The notes below the pieces were generated by a model that saw only the letters and a list, made by a program, of their open reading frames with translations, was not told where the DNA came from and searched no databases. DNA of 64,000 nt, from NCBI GenBank assembly GCA_973851085.1, contig OZ316776.1:12214001-12278000 (forward strand), written 5' to 3'. Source of the stretch: Ptychomitrium polyphyllum (Eukaryota). The translations under genes were made by a program, and so were the position numbers. Of this stretch, positions 40,701 to 55,303 are shown in pieces (position 1 is the first letter of the stretch; each line of letters begins with the position of its first letter).

Positions 40701-43700
40701 TGAATTGTCTCAAATCTGAGTTTAGTAAGATACAAACCTGCATCTTTCAAGACTTAGGACTTCAAATTATGTGTAAGTTTCACACAGCTCATAGCTTACT
40801 CTATTAGAATCTCATGGCTTCTTCATGTTTGTTTGTTGTTTGAAACTCTTAACTATGAAAATTTTCTTGAATTTTGTCAATTTAAGGTTAGTAATATATT
40901 TTCTTTTCCAACTTTGTTATATTGAATTATGTTTTGACAATACTAATATCAACCTATGTAAGAACATAATGTTGCCTTAATCTACCATGAAGAAGTATGA
41001 TATTCAAAATATGCTTAAAATTCTACATGATTTCTACAAAATAAACACATAAACTATATTCAAAAACTAATAAGTATCAAGACCATCTTCAAAAACTATC
41101 TCACATTATATAAAAGACATATATACATACACAATTGACAAACAAAATTTATTACAATTGTAATCTATTCCATTCAAAAATCATTCCACCAAAATAAGTA
41201 GAAAAAACTCTAATATATTTCAATAAAAGTTGTATTAAGTAATGTTTTACATGCTTTAAAAATGCTTGAAGTGAAGTTGTATTGTGGTTTGAGAAATATC
41301 AAATTTTACAATAGGCTATGCCAAATATCTAGTTTTACTTGAAGTACTTTAAAGAACCTTTCAAAATACACAAATTTTGGAATATGGCCAAATTTTGAAT
41401 GTTTTATCTGTGTGGTTGTTTAAAAGATCCTTTTAAAACACGTATATGTCTTTTTTCAATAAAATTTAGTGTCTGTGTCCTTCAAATAAGATTTAAACTA
41501 TAAAAAATATGAATTATTTATTAAAATGGAAAATAAAAATCCTTTACAATTCTATTAACATAGGAATTTAATTGCAATATGTAGGACTCACATATATTAT
41601 CATTTTCCATAGTTGAATCTATTTCATCTTTAAATTTTGTACTTTGTATATCTTTTGTGAAATCCTTTTGAAGTATTCTTTCTATATTGAAATACTACAA
41701 TTACTATTTTTTTTCAAATTTATTATGTTACAATGTTGATTAAAGACAGCATCTCATTGAGAACAATGATTTCACTTAATTGCACTTGTACAAAGAAAAT
41801 ACATAAACAAACAAATCTTCCATTTTGCATTCTTTTAATCAACATTGAAAATTATTTAATGTTGCAAATTTGGTATTAGCATGCATTCTTTTCTTATTAC
41901 ACTCATATCATCTTATTGTTTATTTTTGAATTATTACTTTTCAAAATAAAGGTATATTGTTTCAACTCCAAAAAAATATTACACAGTTAAAGTTTCATTG
42001 ACTTGATTTGAATTCATTAGAATGTTTATAATTAAAAACAGCATATTGAAATTCACCCTTGATTATTGAAATTATAGGAAAATAACAATTTCAATTTCAT
42101 TTGTTGGAATACGATGCATTACAATGTTCAATAGTTATATAAAATGTACATATTCTATACTTGTAAGTTTACAAGTTGATTCCTAAGAATTAGTTTGATA
42201 TAGAAAGATACTGTATTATATACTTTGATCACCTTTGAGCAGTAAATAATACGATCTTTAGTGACTTTGTCCATGAGCAAGGTGAAAATTTTGATTTCTA
42301 AAAATAAAAAGTTATCTTAATTTCATTCATTTCATTCATTGTTCTAATTTAGGTATCTTAAATAGAACAAATGAATTTTCAACCCTTTAAGTCCCCTAAG
42401 TCCTTTTCTGTCTGACAATTTTTCTAAGAGCCTCTCTGATTACATGCTCTGCAATTAACATGACAGTATTGATAGTGTATCTTAAAAGAAAAACACTTAA
42501 AATACTGGATTTTCACATGTTTGAAATTTGCAAAACAACTCACCACATAGATTACATTCTATAGCATACATCTGGTGTGTATTTCTGTGTGTTTTACAAT
42601 GTGTCATGAATCTTTTTGAGAAGCCTTGAAACTCATCAAATAGGACCTCCCATAAATTTAGCTAGAATTGCAAGGTCCATCTACTGAATCTATGCACACC
42701 TTCCATGCCATGAAAGCTCTGAGAGATATAGCTCCCATACCGATTGATGAATCTTGGAGCACAGTGAGAAAGACATCACTATAAGGCTTTTCACATTTAA
42801 AAAAAATTACTTTCAGAATCTGTTATAGCAAGGGCAAACAAGCCACAACTTCTACTCCAAAACTATGACTTCAAAATCATGCAAATCAAGAGATGAGGAA
42901 ATAAACTCAGAATTGCAACATCACATTGGGACTCGGTATTTTCTTTCCACCATGTTCTTTCCAAGACTCAAACTGCCATATCCTCCATCTTCCTGTCTTA
43001 CCTATGCAAAAGGTAAGACAATGCTTTCTAAGGAGTTGCTCTAAGACTCCACATCACAAACATTCTCTTACACTTGTTTCTAGCACTCATATGCTGTATA
43101 CAGCATCTGTCAACTTTTGCTGCAATTATTTGCTTGTTGGAGTACTTGCAGCACAATCAGCAGTGCACAATAGATTTCATAGCTTTCAAATTTTATGTGT
43201 GGAGTTCTGAGCTCTTACAAATTACCTTCATATTAGCCAATTTTACAGGTTTTGACAACCACTGAGTGGCCCCCTGGGACTTAACCTCTAAAATTCATTG
43301 ACTGTGTTTAGCACTTTAACTTCCCAACCCAAAGACAAACTTTCGTCAAGGAACTTTAGAATAAATTCGAGCTGGGGTGGTAGGAGGTGATGATGGCAGT
43401 CAGGCAAATAGATTCAATTAGAAACTGAAAATGCAACGAATGGCGGAGGAGGAGTGTGGGAAGTCAGAAAGGGCTCTGACAATTCTAGTCACTTGCACAT
43501 CAACTCATCAACCGAATTTTCAGTCTAGAGAATGGAGATCTTCTCACAAACCTTTTGGATGATAAATGACAGGAAGTCATCCGCTACAAGTACAACATCG
43601 AGGTGTACAACAATGAAGTGAGCACTGAGCACTACTATTGTAGGAAATCCTTACAGTGGAAGAGGATCTTTACAATGGAAGGAGGTTGATTTACTTGAAA

Positions 43701-43925
43701 GGAGTCTTCGGGACACTGAGCTGGAAATGAAAGTGTGCAGAAAATGGATGAAAAGCTTGTCGTCTTTCAGAGGCACGATCTGGTCATGATGAGTAGCAGT
43801 AACGTCATAACACATTATCAGAAGCCGCTGAAACCTACAGCTGCCAGTTCTCGATGTTACCCTGTTACCAGAATTCACGGTTTTTGAAAGGGGTTCTCAG
43901 AATAACGCAAGAACATCATAGCACT

Positions 43926-43983
43926 GGATAACATAACATAATCCCGGCACTGCAGGATAACTTATCATAATCCTGGCACTGCA
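43926..43983. repeat. ~29-bp tandem duplication (GGATAAC.TA.CATAATCC.GGCACTGCA x2)
   Basis: ggataacataacataatcccggcactgca followed by ggataacttatcataatcctggcactgca. Confidence 0.75.
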
Positions 43984-46471
43984 CAGTAAGAGGGTAGTTT
44001 TCTCCACTGTTCAATATGCTATGTTGGAAGATTATGTATAATTGAATGTACGTGGTTTTGGAAAAGATGCAATTCTTCATACTGTCTTATAAAGGATAAT
44101 TAGGAATTATATTTTCTCAAAACTTGCATTAGATTCAAATTATACCATAACATTCCAAGATCACCCTTCATATTCAAATCAATTTTAAAATTATATTGAA
44201 AACTTGTTGATTCATGCACAATAAATGATAGATCATTATAGATTTAGGTGAGCAATGTAGATTCTAGTGAAAGATTGTCTTAATATTGGTTCTAGAATGA
44301 ACTAATCAAGCTTATAAAGATTTCTTTTAATTCTTCTTAATTTATTTTTTATTTTTTAATATTATAAAAGATAATGTAGTAGATAAGAAAAAAATTGATA
44401 TTATAATACTACAAGACTAAATAAGATTTTTTGGATGAATTTTTGTTTGTAATAAGAAATATAGTGAAGACTAAATGAAATGATTTGAGTTGAAATTTTA
44501 ATCAATATTTGGTTTCAAAAAGATACAATACATTTGGCATGTACATTTGACATGTAGGAGAAGGAATAGACATTAAATTTACGTTGGTTCTTCCTAGTGT
44601 AGTATGAACATTGGTATTTTAACTTAAATTTATATTTGAAGAGTGACATCATTTAATCTAATGGAACAAATTAATTATGATTTATAGTCTAATAGATTTA
44701 TAAAACAATGACAATAGAAGAACATGATTTCACAAAATGAAACTAGAAGGTTAAAGGATACCTTTTAAAACTAGCAAGTATGTAAAATATTTAAAGAATG
44801 ATTAAAGTTAAGTTAATAAATGCTAAAAATTCTAATTGACCACAATTCTTGTAGAATTTCCATTTAAGGAAATCAATCAAAATCCACAAAAGTAAAAGCA
44901 TATATATTCATTTATATTAGTACATAAATCATAAAAATATTTGTTTACTAAAATGACATCAATGTGTTGTATCAAGTAAATTTGATCATGCGAGTAATCA
45001 ATAATTGCTATAAAAAGGTGGATAAACAATTTTAAGTAATACAACAATATACAAATCTAATTGACATTGAAATGATTATAAGTACCATGCCTTGAGGTAA
45101 AAAGTCACACTAACAAAACTTGCATTAAATTACAAGTGGTTGTTTAAATTAATCAAAAATGAATGGTAGGATAATTGGCAATACAAAAAGCAATATAAAA
45201 GTTAAGTAAAAGTTTATATTAATTAAAGAATTCTTCACATAAATTAGTAAGGGAACTATAAGGGATTTATAAATGTTGAAAGAACGATGAAGTGTGTAAG
45301 AACATATGCATTGTATTGCATTAAGTATAAATATGCTTAAAAGGATTATGAATTTGTTCAAAGAAAGATTAACCTTAATATTAATAACTTTTTTAACAAT
45401 TTAATCCCACAATGACAAGTATTTAGATCAATCCTATCTAAATTTTTTCCTTACTACAACTTGAAATTAATTTCACCTTCATTTTGAGAATGTATAAAGT
45501 TCTAAACTTCTTCAAAAACTTTGAATTAAATTTTGTATTCATTGTTATGCTAGATTTTTAAAAATATCTGATTCATATGTAGAAATTATTTTGAAGTTTC
45601 ATAGTCAAGAGTTTGCACATTATTACAACATTGTTGTATTGGATTAAATAAACACCAAACAATCTATTCCTTAAACTAATGATCTAGCTTAAAAGATAGG
45701 ATTTGTTGTTGAAGGACTAAAATTTAAGTGCATGGCAATATTAAATATAGTCATTGTATGAGTTTAAGAAATTATAGTATTTGAATTAATTTTTGAGGTA
45801 TATGTGTGATATGTTATAATTGGAGTTTTTATAAATTATAATGAATTGACGGTCAAAGACATGAAATCATAAGATATCTTAATTTGATAAAATGACTCTA
45901 CACCAAACCAACATTTTGAATATATTATACAAGTATAGTAAAAAGGTATGGATAAAAGACTTTAATTTCTAATATTTTGAGAAGTTAAATAAGCATTTGA
46001 GCACGTTTTTGGTAGTTTGTGCTCGTTCTTAGACTACAAATAAATGATGTATTTTGTAATTAAATTACATGCAATTGATTCCTTTTATTTTTGTAAAAGC
46101 TATTAACATTTGTAAGGTTTAAAATAGTATAATGACAAAGCTAAAGATTAAATTGAGTATAAATGTTTTTTATGAATTACATATTGAATTCAAACTAGGA
46201 TCATTTAAAATATAAATTTCTTTTCTTTGGTATTAATACACATGGGGGATTAACTATATGCATGTTGTGTAAGCCTATTATCTTATGAAATGATTGTATT
46301 TGCTAGGCACCATTTTGTTTCTATAGCCTTAAAACGAGAAGTAGCAAATAGAACCGCAACTCTTTACAAGCTTGATCCATGAGAAAAAAAAAAAAAATCT
46401 CAATATCCTTCTCAAAGAGGCTGTGAACAAAATCAGTTTCATACTTTGTAATTTAGTAGGTTTCTCCTAAA

Positions 46472-46525
46472 ACATCAAAACATTACCATGGTTAATTAAC
46501 ATCAAAACATGACCATGGTTAACTA
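46472..46525. repeat. 27-bp tandem duplication (ACATCAAAACATKACCATGGTTAAYTA x2)
   Basis: Read directly at 46472-46525. Confidence 0.8.
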
Positions 46526-47482
46526 AATTGCCAAAATAGTCTCCCTCAAGGATAATAGGGGCCCATGCCCAAACACGCCCAAACTTTAGCATGGACATGG
46601 AGATTGCAAGAATAACACTTGGACGTACACGTTGAGGAGGGCAGAAAATGGGACCCCATGATCATAATGACAAGGCTGCCATGTAAAGTTGCAGGTGCAA
46701 AGCCTAGCCTTCAGGCTCCAGAAGTTCAAGACCTCCTTGGTGAATCTTTGTTTCTGTCCACAAGCTTTTCTCAGCAGCAAGCTGCTCCATACAAGCCTAA
46801 TGATGAACATCCTGTACATCTTGAGCTGTTTTCTCCCATGCTTCAACGCTTGTCACAATTGTGCACAATGCATACCACCTGTGCTGTTCTCTTATATTTT
46901 CCTACCTTTTATCCAATTTCGTGCCAGCGTCCAGCTTCACTAGGAGTCACCCCTACATCTCGTACATTTAAGTTCCGACTTTGACCCCAACGCAACAATT
47001 TGCACATGCTTCTATGAATAAATAGGTGAGGGTTTTCTTCGATACCATGGTGGTATTCAATGTCCATACACTGTCTATGTATGATAGTGCGAGAAATGTG
47101 TAACTTCATGCACTAAATAATACAACATACACCATTCCACCTGTAAGGCATGATCACCCTATTTTATTTGTACTTAGATTTATTAAGATGTAAGCCTGAA
47201 ACATACAAAGCGCCTTCAGAGACAATGCTGAATCAATTTTATTGGATCACTCCATTCAAGTTATTTCAATTAATTAGTTGAAGTGGTCAAAAGTTTTGGA
47301 GGGATATTAGAGGCACAAAGAGTCAAATTTCAAGGACATTTCTAATGTTGCTACCTAATTTAATGTAAAGATATGATGGAAGATTTTGGAGGACATTTTA
47401 TAAAATTTGGGCTTTAAAGATGCATCCATAAAGTATCTCAATACAAGCCAAGGATGCCAAACGTAGGCAAGTACAAATTAAC

Positions 47483-47541
47483 GATTGTTAAAGAATGAAA
47501 GAGAGGATTGTTAAAGAATGAAAGAGAGGATTGTTAAAGAA
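47483..47541. repeat. 23-bp tandem repeat (GATTGTTAAAGAATGAAAGAGAG) x2.5
   Basis: Read directly. Confidence 0.85.
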
Positions 47542-50269
47542 AAAAATAGAAGCAAAAGTAGAAGAAATTCTAACTATGAAAATTAAAAGAAATTAGTGTA
47601 TTAATTTAATTGTATGAATAGTATTTTGTAGAGATTACAATAAAAATTCCTCCGTAAAACATTAGAAGAACAATCAATACTATTGTTTAATTTCTTTTGT
47701 GGCTGGTGCTCAAATGGAAAATTTTGCATCAAAGACTTCGTTTCTTATTTTACAAAAAAACCATTATTCTTGGTAGAAAATAATTTTTTTTTCTTTCTTG
47801 AATTGATTCTTATTGTTTACCAACAAAATTTAAGACTTTGAGTATACAAGCAAGTTTTCATAGAGTTTATACTTGGTATGTATTTTTTGGAATATGAATG
47901 TTTATGTGAACACAAAGGAAATTTGTAAAGTATGTACCATCTATGACCAAAAGCACTAGGGTACATTTTAAAAATCCATAAAAACATTTTAAGTAGAATT
48001 TAAAAATAGTTGAAAATAAAATTTTGGATGTTTTATATGCTTTATTATTAAAATTCTTTTTTGTCTTTAAAATGTCTTTATTTAATATGTTACTTTTATG
48101 TAATAAGAATTTTTGAAAACATTTGTTATCATATCTTTGATGAAACATACATTAAATTTTATAATTAAGTAATAATTAAGATTTAACTAACCAATAATAT
48201 TACATATTTTAGTCATAATTTTACAAAAAGTACTTTTGAATGTACTTGTATTTATGCCTTATTGAATTTTTAAAATAAATCTTGATGTAATTATACTTCT
48301 TAATGATGTAAAAACATTTTGTTAAATGAATTGTAGAATATTGTAAAAATCCAAATTAGAAAAAACTAAGATGTGATTTGTCATGGAACATGGCATCAAG
48401 TGCCAGAGCAAGATTAAATGAATGCAATGCAGTTTATTAGGGGATTTTCATCCATTTAGTGAATTTTTTCAATTATTTGGATACTATTACCAATTAAGGA
48501 TTTTGGTGCACCTTATAATAAAATACCATGAAGAAATTTCAAATTTTTCAAATTTCAAATTTCAAATTATTTTTGGAAGTTAAATTCAGTGATGAAATTT
48601 GGTTAGAAAAACTGAATACTTAAAAATAAATAGTACTTGATAAACTATATATATTTTATTATTATTATAAAGTTTATAACCAAAAAATAGAATATATCAT
48701 AATAAAAAATTATGAGCTTTGTTTTTCTATTGAAAACATATTTTAAGGAATAATATAAAGGAGTTTTCAAAAAAAAAATTAAAAATTTAATGTAAATTTG
48801 GCCCTTTATAAGAAATAAACATTCTTCACGTTCTATTTTAAAATTATCCAAGATAACTAATATTTTTAATTAAGATCATTTATTTTTATAAATGTCTGAA
48901 GTTCTTTGAACTACTATTTGGGCCTTTAAATTAAGAATTAAAGTAGCTATTGATTGCTAGGATATTTTATGGCATTTAGTTTATGGAATACTCCAACAAT
49001 ATACATGTAAATGATTTTGAAGGAATTTCATTATAAAGAAACATATATAATCCTATAATATTTTCTTTAGAAATGAACATACTTATGGAAATAAAATTGA
49101 AGTGTTTGATATGCATGAATTACATCTTATCTTTTCTAATCTTCCATTTTGCATTGATAATTAAATTAAAAAAATATGAGTTGTATCTTCTTAATTGAAG
49201 GCTTGCTGACAACTTGTGTCTAATAAAAAATGTGTCTATGCAACTACTAGAAATCAAATGCAAAGTTGTTCTTTCACTTTGCATTTGCAAATGCATGATA
49301 CAACTGTAGGCTTATTTGGGTTTTATACTCATCATTTTAATACTCTATATTTTAGAATTACTTCTAAGACTTAAAAGAAGGTTATCTTTAGAAATAAAAT
49401 ATCACATTTATGATAATCTACACATATTCTTTTATGCATCTCTTGATATAAGTACCAAATATTCTAAGAACTTAGTGCTTCATACAAATCTTCTAATCAT
49501 AGAGTGGTTATATTCACCTTGTATTTATAAAATATTATTATGTTGGAATATTGTTTAATTCTATGATTCCTTGCCAAAATAAAAAAATTAAAATTAAAAT
49601 TTAAAAAAAAGATTTAACGTCATGAAAATTACATGCATGTATTCAAATATAGAGATGATTTAGTAGAATAGAAAAAATAATCTTAGAGGACAACTTAATT
49701 CAATATAACTACCATGTCAACAAATCCAACACTAGTGGTTGTTAAACTTCTTTAAGAATATATTTTAAGACTAATGAAATAATGTTTGGTTTTGAAAATA
49801 CCATTTATAAAAAAGTAAGATTATTGAAGTAAATTTGGCACTACTTTACAATGAGGGTTAAGATAATAATATTATTTTATTAAAAATCTGTTGATAACTG
49901 TTTTACTGTATTCTTGAACAAAAACTTAAAATATACTTTTGCTCAACAATTAGATATGGCAACTAACCATACTGGGCAGCATGAAAACACTCTCCAAGGA
50001 GTTCCCACACATTCGAACGTGCCACGCTAGCGGCGGCGGTAATAGAATTCAAATTGCAAAACCGACCAAAACTGTGGACAACATAATGCTGGACTCAAGG
50101 AATGAACACACGGTATTACGCCCTCGTCAACAAACAGAAACATGCATCCATGATACCGTGACGACTCAAACGACATACGTTGGAACAGTTGGAACTTCGC
50201 GAACAAGGTCTAGGAACAGATCTGCAAGTTGAAGGATCGGACGGTCACCAGGAGCCCTCGAGCTAACAC

Positions 50270-50622
50270 GCAGGGTTTAGGTTGTGTGTGCCACACTATA
50301 TGGAAATGGCCACGACGACATCAACACAATCCTACGTGAGCATCACCCCACTTTCGATTTTCAGAAATCATTGAAGCCTCTGTGATTCTCTATCCATTGA
50401 ACTTTCATATTCTTGAGTTGGCCATCAAGGTTTAAGGTTCGAGGGTTTAAGGGTTTAGGTTAACAGTGGGGTTTCAATGCCTCACTTTCGCTGTCTCTGG
50501 TGATCAGGATTTCATTTGAAGCCTTGAAATCCATGAAGTAGGGTGAAGTTGGGTTCTAGAGTGTTGCTGCTTTTCTAAGGTTTAGGTTAGTTTAGAATTG
50601 GCTCTTTTTGGTTTAGGGTTTA
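50270..50622 (+). promoter_or_regulatory. Cluster of telo-box-like motifs (AGGGTTT/AAGGTTTAG) upstream of the methyltransferase ATG
   Basis: cagggtttagg (~50271), gagggtttaagggtttagg (~50441), aaggtttaggttag (~50577), tttagggttta (~50612). Telo boxes are known from plant translation and RNA-processing genes. Confidence 0.5.
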
Positions 50623-50628
50623 TGAGAT

Positions 50629-53080
50629 ATGTTAGAAGGAGAGATGGGAGATTCTGGGGCAGAGGATGATCCGGTTGTTGGCAACGTGCTGTCTGTAGCT
50701 GAAGCTAGTGGTGAGGGGCAAGTCCCAGAGAAAGTTGCACAGAAGGAGAATATGTTGAACGTGAACAAGAAGAAGCGAAAAGTGATCTTTCAGTATGGGA
50801 ATTACAACCGCTACTATGGGTACCGGGTATGTTTCTCTCTCACTGCTGCGGTATGTCATAATGGATTGTTGACGTGTGGTTGGCAGTGTGTTCATGCTTG
50901 GCTAGGTCTGATGCTGTAGAATTTCTGTATATATTGTGTTGTGTTTCCTTTTGATTGACAATGAGAGATGTAGCTTTTTACTGATTTTCTTATGTTCTCT
51001 GATTTGTGAAGTGGCGATCATGTACTGAGAGGTTCATGATTCCGCTGTGCAGGTTGGTAGCACTCTTGAAGAAGATCCGCGGATGAGTCTGATGTGGAAG
51101 AGCTGGTTTGATAACAAGGATGTTATTGATGTCGGCTGCAACGAAGGCCATTTTACTATCTCTTTAGGTATATTAGGCGTTTTTTTTAAATGTGTGTTTT
51201 AGTGATTTATTGTAGTAGGCATTTCTCGTGTCTCTTGGCAGCTGCTGTGATATTTGTTTTTCGAGGACTTCTGAGAATGTCGATGGTGGTAATTTCAACA
51301 GTTCAGAAATATCGTGTGCGAAGTATGTGCGGCATTGATATTGATCCAGGTGTGTATAGTTGCCTTCCGTGTCATTTCCTATTCTGTCAGATTTGATTTT
51401 GGAGTATGATACTTGTCTTTGAAATGTGTTCACTACGGGAAGACCAATTTATTTGGATTTGCCAACTTGTAGCTGAAAGGGCGAGTTCTTGTGTCTGCAC
51501 AGGGTTGATACATAAAGCTTGGAAAAATTTAGAACAGCAAGCTGGGGAGACTGGCGGCAGGACTTTAAAGAGTTTGTATCAATGGAGTGATTACGTTTAT
51601 GAGAACGAAACGGACAAACTCGACTGTGATGACGAAGAGTTGGAGAAGCCTGCTCTTGAGGATAGTAGCGCGGAGACCACAATCAACGACAAGATTGATG
51701 GTGGTCTAAATGGGATGGAGCTTCGTGAAAGAGTGATTTTCAAGAATGCAAATGTACTCCAATGCAATCTACGTAGCAACATTGTGGATACTATTCTATG
51801 GTAAGAAGGCTTTACCACTTGCTCAAGGGTCTGCCTTGTAACTTACACATTAAAGAGGCTTACTACTTTTAGTTATCATTGGTACCGCGACATCTAAGAT
51901 GCGAAGATTGTGTATTGAAGATAAATTTTAACACATTGCTATATACTAGGGGACGTTTCCTCTCTGCATCACAATCTCTGCTTTGTTGCATTCCCTTCCT
52001 AGGTGCTAATATCACATGAATTTTTTGGCTTTTCTGCAGTTTAAGCGTCGTGAAGTGGATACATTTGAATTGGGGTGACGAAGGCCTCCTCGATTTTTTT
52101 ATCATGACGTATCAAGCCCTCCGCCCGGTATGTCATCTTTTCTTACAAATTGATTTTAACTTAGAAGAGTGCGTGAGGTATACTTGGACTATATTACCAG
52201 AAAAAGAACCTGGTTTGCGGCCACCAACATTTGCATAGTAAGTCATGTTCATGAGGGAAAGTTGTATCAGATGGAAACTGCAGCTTTATTTATGTGTCAA
52301 TATTTCTGCACATGGATCCATTTCTCGGTTCGCTCTAAAAATTGTGAGGAGTCGGCTTTAGGGTTTAGCTTTAGTGTAATTTAGCGCGTCTCACTTTGCT
52401 GCATGGTTTGTTAAATAACAGGGAGGATCATTCATCTTGGAGCCCCAACCATGGTCGTCATATGAACGGAAGTGCAGAGTATCAGAGGTACTCTTTGATC
52501 CAGAATTGACTGTATTACAACTGGAATAGTAACTAGTAATTATATTATCTAATTATAAATAATAGGTAATGTGGTTACCTCGGTGGTAAAACAGTATAAT
52601 TCACGGTCGATGTACCATGTTTTATGAATCATGGTCATGGTAAGAGATGCACTAACTCAAGCGGGGTGATTTCTGCATTCTAGGTATGTCGCAAGAATTT
52701 CAGGGCTATGATTCTTCGACCAGATCACTTTCCTGGAATCCTTCTTGAACAAGTGAGTTGGTAGATTCTCTAGTAAGCACGTCTTGAGCTGAAACGCACT
52801 GGATCTTTTGTGGTGAGTGAGGACTTGGCAGTCCACCTTGGATCGTTTTTTGATCGAAGTTTTGCTCTTGGAAGGCAGAATGTTTTAGTCCGCTATATGT
52901 GCGCCCACAATTGAGAGCTTGTCCTATTTGCCTCTGGCCACTCTTGACGAATTCTGCATTGGCTGATTTGTACATCTGTCCTGTTCGCAGATTGGGTTCA
53001 AGTCGTGTGAAGAGATATCCCTCAAGGTTCCTAACAGCACCAAGGGTTTCAGTCGGCCTCTTTACTTGTTCACCAAGTGA
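50629..53080 (+). CDS. Bin3/MePCE-family SAM-dependent RNA methyltransferase (methylphosphate capping enzyme-like)
   Basis: Exons 50629-50826, 51053-51167, 51302-51349, 51503-51800, 52040-52127, 52422-52487, 52684-52752, 52991-53080; in frame. Motifs: [79 protein letters not shown]. Confidence 0.93.
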
Positions 53081-55104
53081 TTTAGAAAACTATGTTCAAT
53101 TTCTGGCTTTGCAATTTTCGTAGGTACGGATTTGTGAAGCTTTGATGAAAACAGAAAAATATGGCATCTTAAAAGAAGGGTAAAGTGAACCATCAAACTT
53201 CAAGTTGCCATTTTTTGTGAGACGTACGTTACGGGTTAATCAGGAGTAGTAGCTGGTAGTTATCAAAGCTGAGGCCACTGTAATTTACCGATGAGGCTTT
53301 AACTTAATTGTCTGCAACACCTACCTTCCTTTCGAGTGTAAGATTTTCAAACCTTCTCAATGGCTTGAAGCTAGCTCTGAGCCTCGGATACATTTCAACA
53401 GATAACCGATAAACAAGTGTACGAGTGAACTAATACATTCAATTTAGAAATTCAGTTCTTAGCTTACAATTGACTATATCTTTACTGTCCAGATTTATCC
53501 CGTCTTCCCTTTTATTTCACTGGCAAGGGGTGAATACCAAATATTTACAATTGATTATCGACATGTAGACTATGATTCTGAAGTATCAGTAGCTAGAAAC
53601 CAAATATATAGGAGTCTCAAAAGAAGAGAAAAGAGTTTACCACTGACTCCTAATTTACGTGCTGCTCTGGCAAAAGATGGCTATCTCCATCAAGGTGAGA
53701 CCAAGTTCTGGAAAAGTATACGTATCTCAATTGCATCTTGTGAAACATGATTGGGATGCAGTCAATTTCAGTTTAGGTGGCAGTACAGTGATTCACTGCA
53801 TAAGGAGAACAGTTAATTCCCATAACTTGGGCTGCATCACAGTTATGCTCTTGTGACTTTGCCCCAACAGGTACTGTGTACTTCAAGGAACTCTTGCCAA
53901 ACACTTGATCATTTGTACTTCAAGCAACCGTTGGAAAACTCTTTAGGTTCTATTTTGCTCTAAATTAGTCAGACACCAGACTCACCATCTCAACTACATA
54001 TAGTAGCCTCCACAATCTTCTCTCCCTATGTACAGCAGGGCCTCGTTATGCGTCATTAAAATATGTGAATCAAACGTTCTATACGCTACTTTGCAACTGA
54101 TTCTGCAGATGCTTAGATACCCGCAACTACTTTCTATTGCAGGACTTCATCGACGCCTTAGAGGTCCACCTCAAGTCAAACTCCTCGTGAGGAACGGTTT
54201 GATAACCTCCGAAAGCTACTCCAGGACGAATTAACTTCAAAATTTTCCCACCTTAATTACTGTGTCGAACACCACCCTAAACCTGAAATTTCTTCAAAAA
54301 GGCCACGTGAATAACCCTTGTGAGCCTACTATCATCCTTGAATACTAAGCTTCGCCTAAAACAGATTTATAGTAAGGGAAAAACTAGGCAGACTGCCATA
54401 TATCCTCAGTCAAAGGAGAAGTAAAATCCTCTGACTGTAAACTACCACAGTTAAGACTCCAGAAAGGCACTAAAAAAAATGAACCTCAAACCGTGATAAT
54501 ACCACACGGGAGGTAACCCCTGCAGTCCCACCGATCAAATCGGTACTAGCCCATTGGTTCACTCCAATTACCTAGTTCATAATCCTGTAGCAGAAAACCA
54601 GAGCATGTATCATGCAAAAATAACAAAATTCCACGCTACAGACTCCTATTTGAGTAAATTAACACTACATATCTAAATGAAAGGTTAAGAAAAGCCCGCC
54701 TGCAGGAAAAAAAACTCCCAGAAAAAAACAAGGTATTTATTTCCATGAGACAGGCCGCACTCTTCCACAATACATAAGAGAATCTAAAGTTCCCATCGGA
54801 ACAGACCGGACACCAGTATCCGGAAGGAACAGCAGGAACCCAGACCTCTAGAACACTATCACTCCTTCCAATCCTTTCGACGGGCATCCAAGCGCACTCT
54901 ATCCAGGCACCACCCAAGGCAAACTTTTCCCCACACGGTGATCCCAGCACCGGAGCACTGGCTCCAGTATTGATTAACTTAATGACCGTCACAGAGCTAC
55001 ACATCAACCATCCGTCCTAAAACACTCACTAGTACGTCTCATGACTAGATCGGAGCTGGGCTCTCAACAAGCCAGTGCGCTAGAGCTGATGCGCTTGCTG
55101 CCCA

Positions 55105-55269
55105 TCAGTAGCTGCGGACGCAGCACTTGGTGGCCTTGTCGAACTTCGTGCCCTTCTTGCACTGCTGCCCGCACTTGCCCTTGCTGCCATGGCCGACAAC
55201 AGATTGCACAGCAACGGTAACATCAGCACATCGACTGTTTCGCAGCTCCACAATCGATCGATGTATATC

Positions 55270-55303
<34 letters not shown>

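Noticed and set aside
47283..47305. GTGGTCAAAAGTTTTGG resembling a Tc1/mariner-type TIR
   Set aside because: No matching inverted partner or TSD found by eye.
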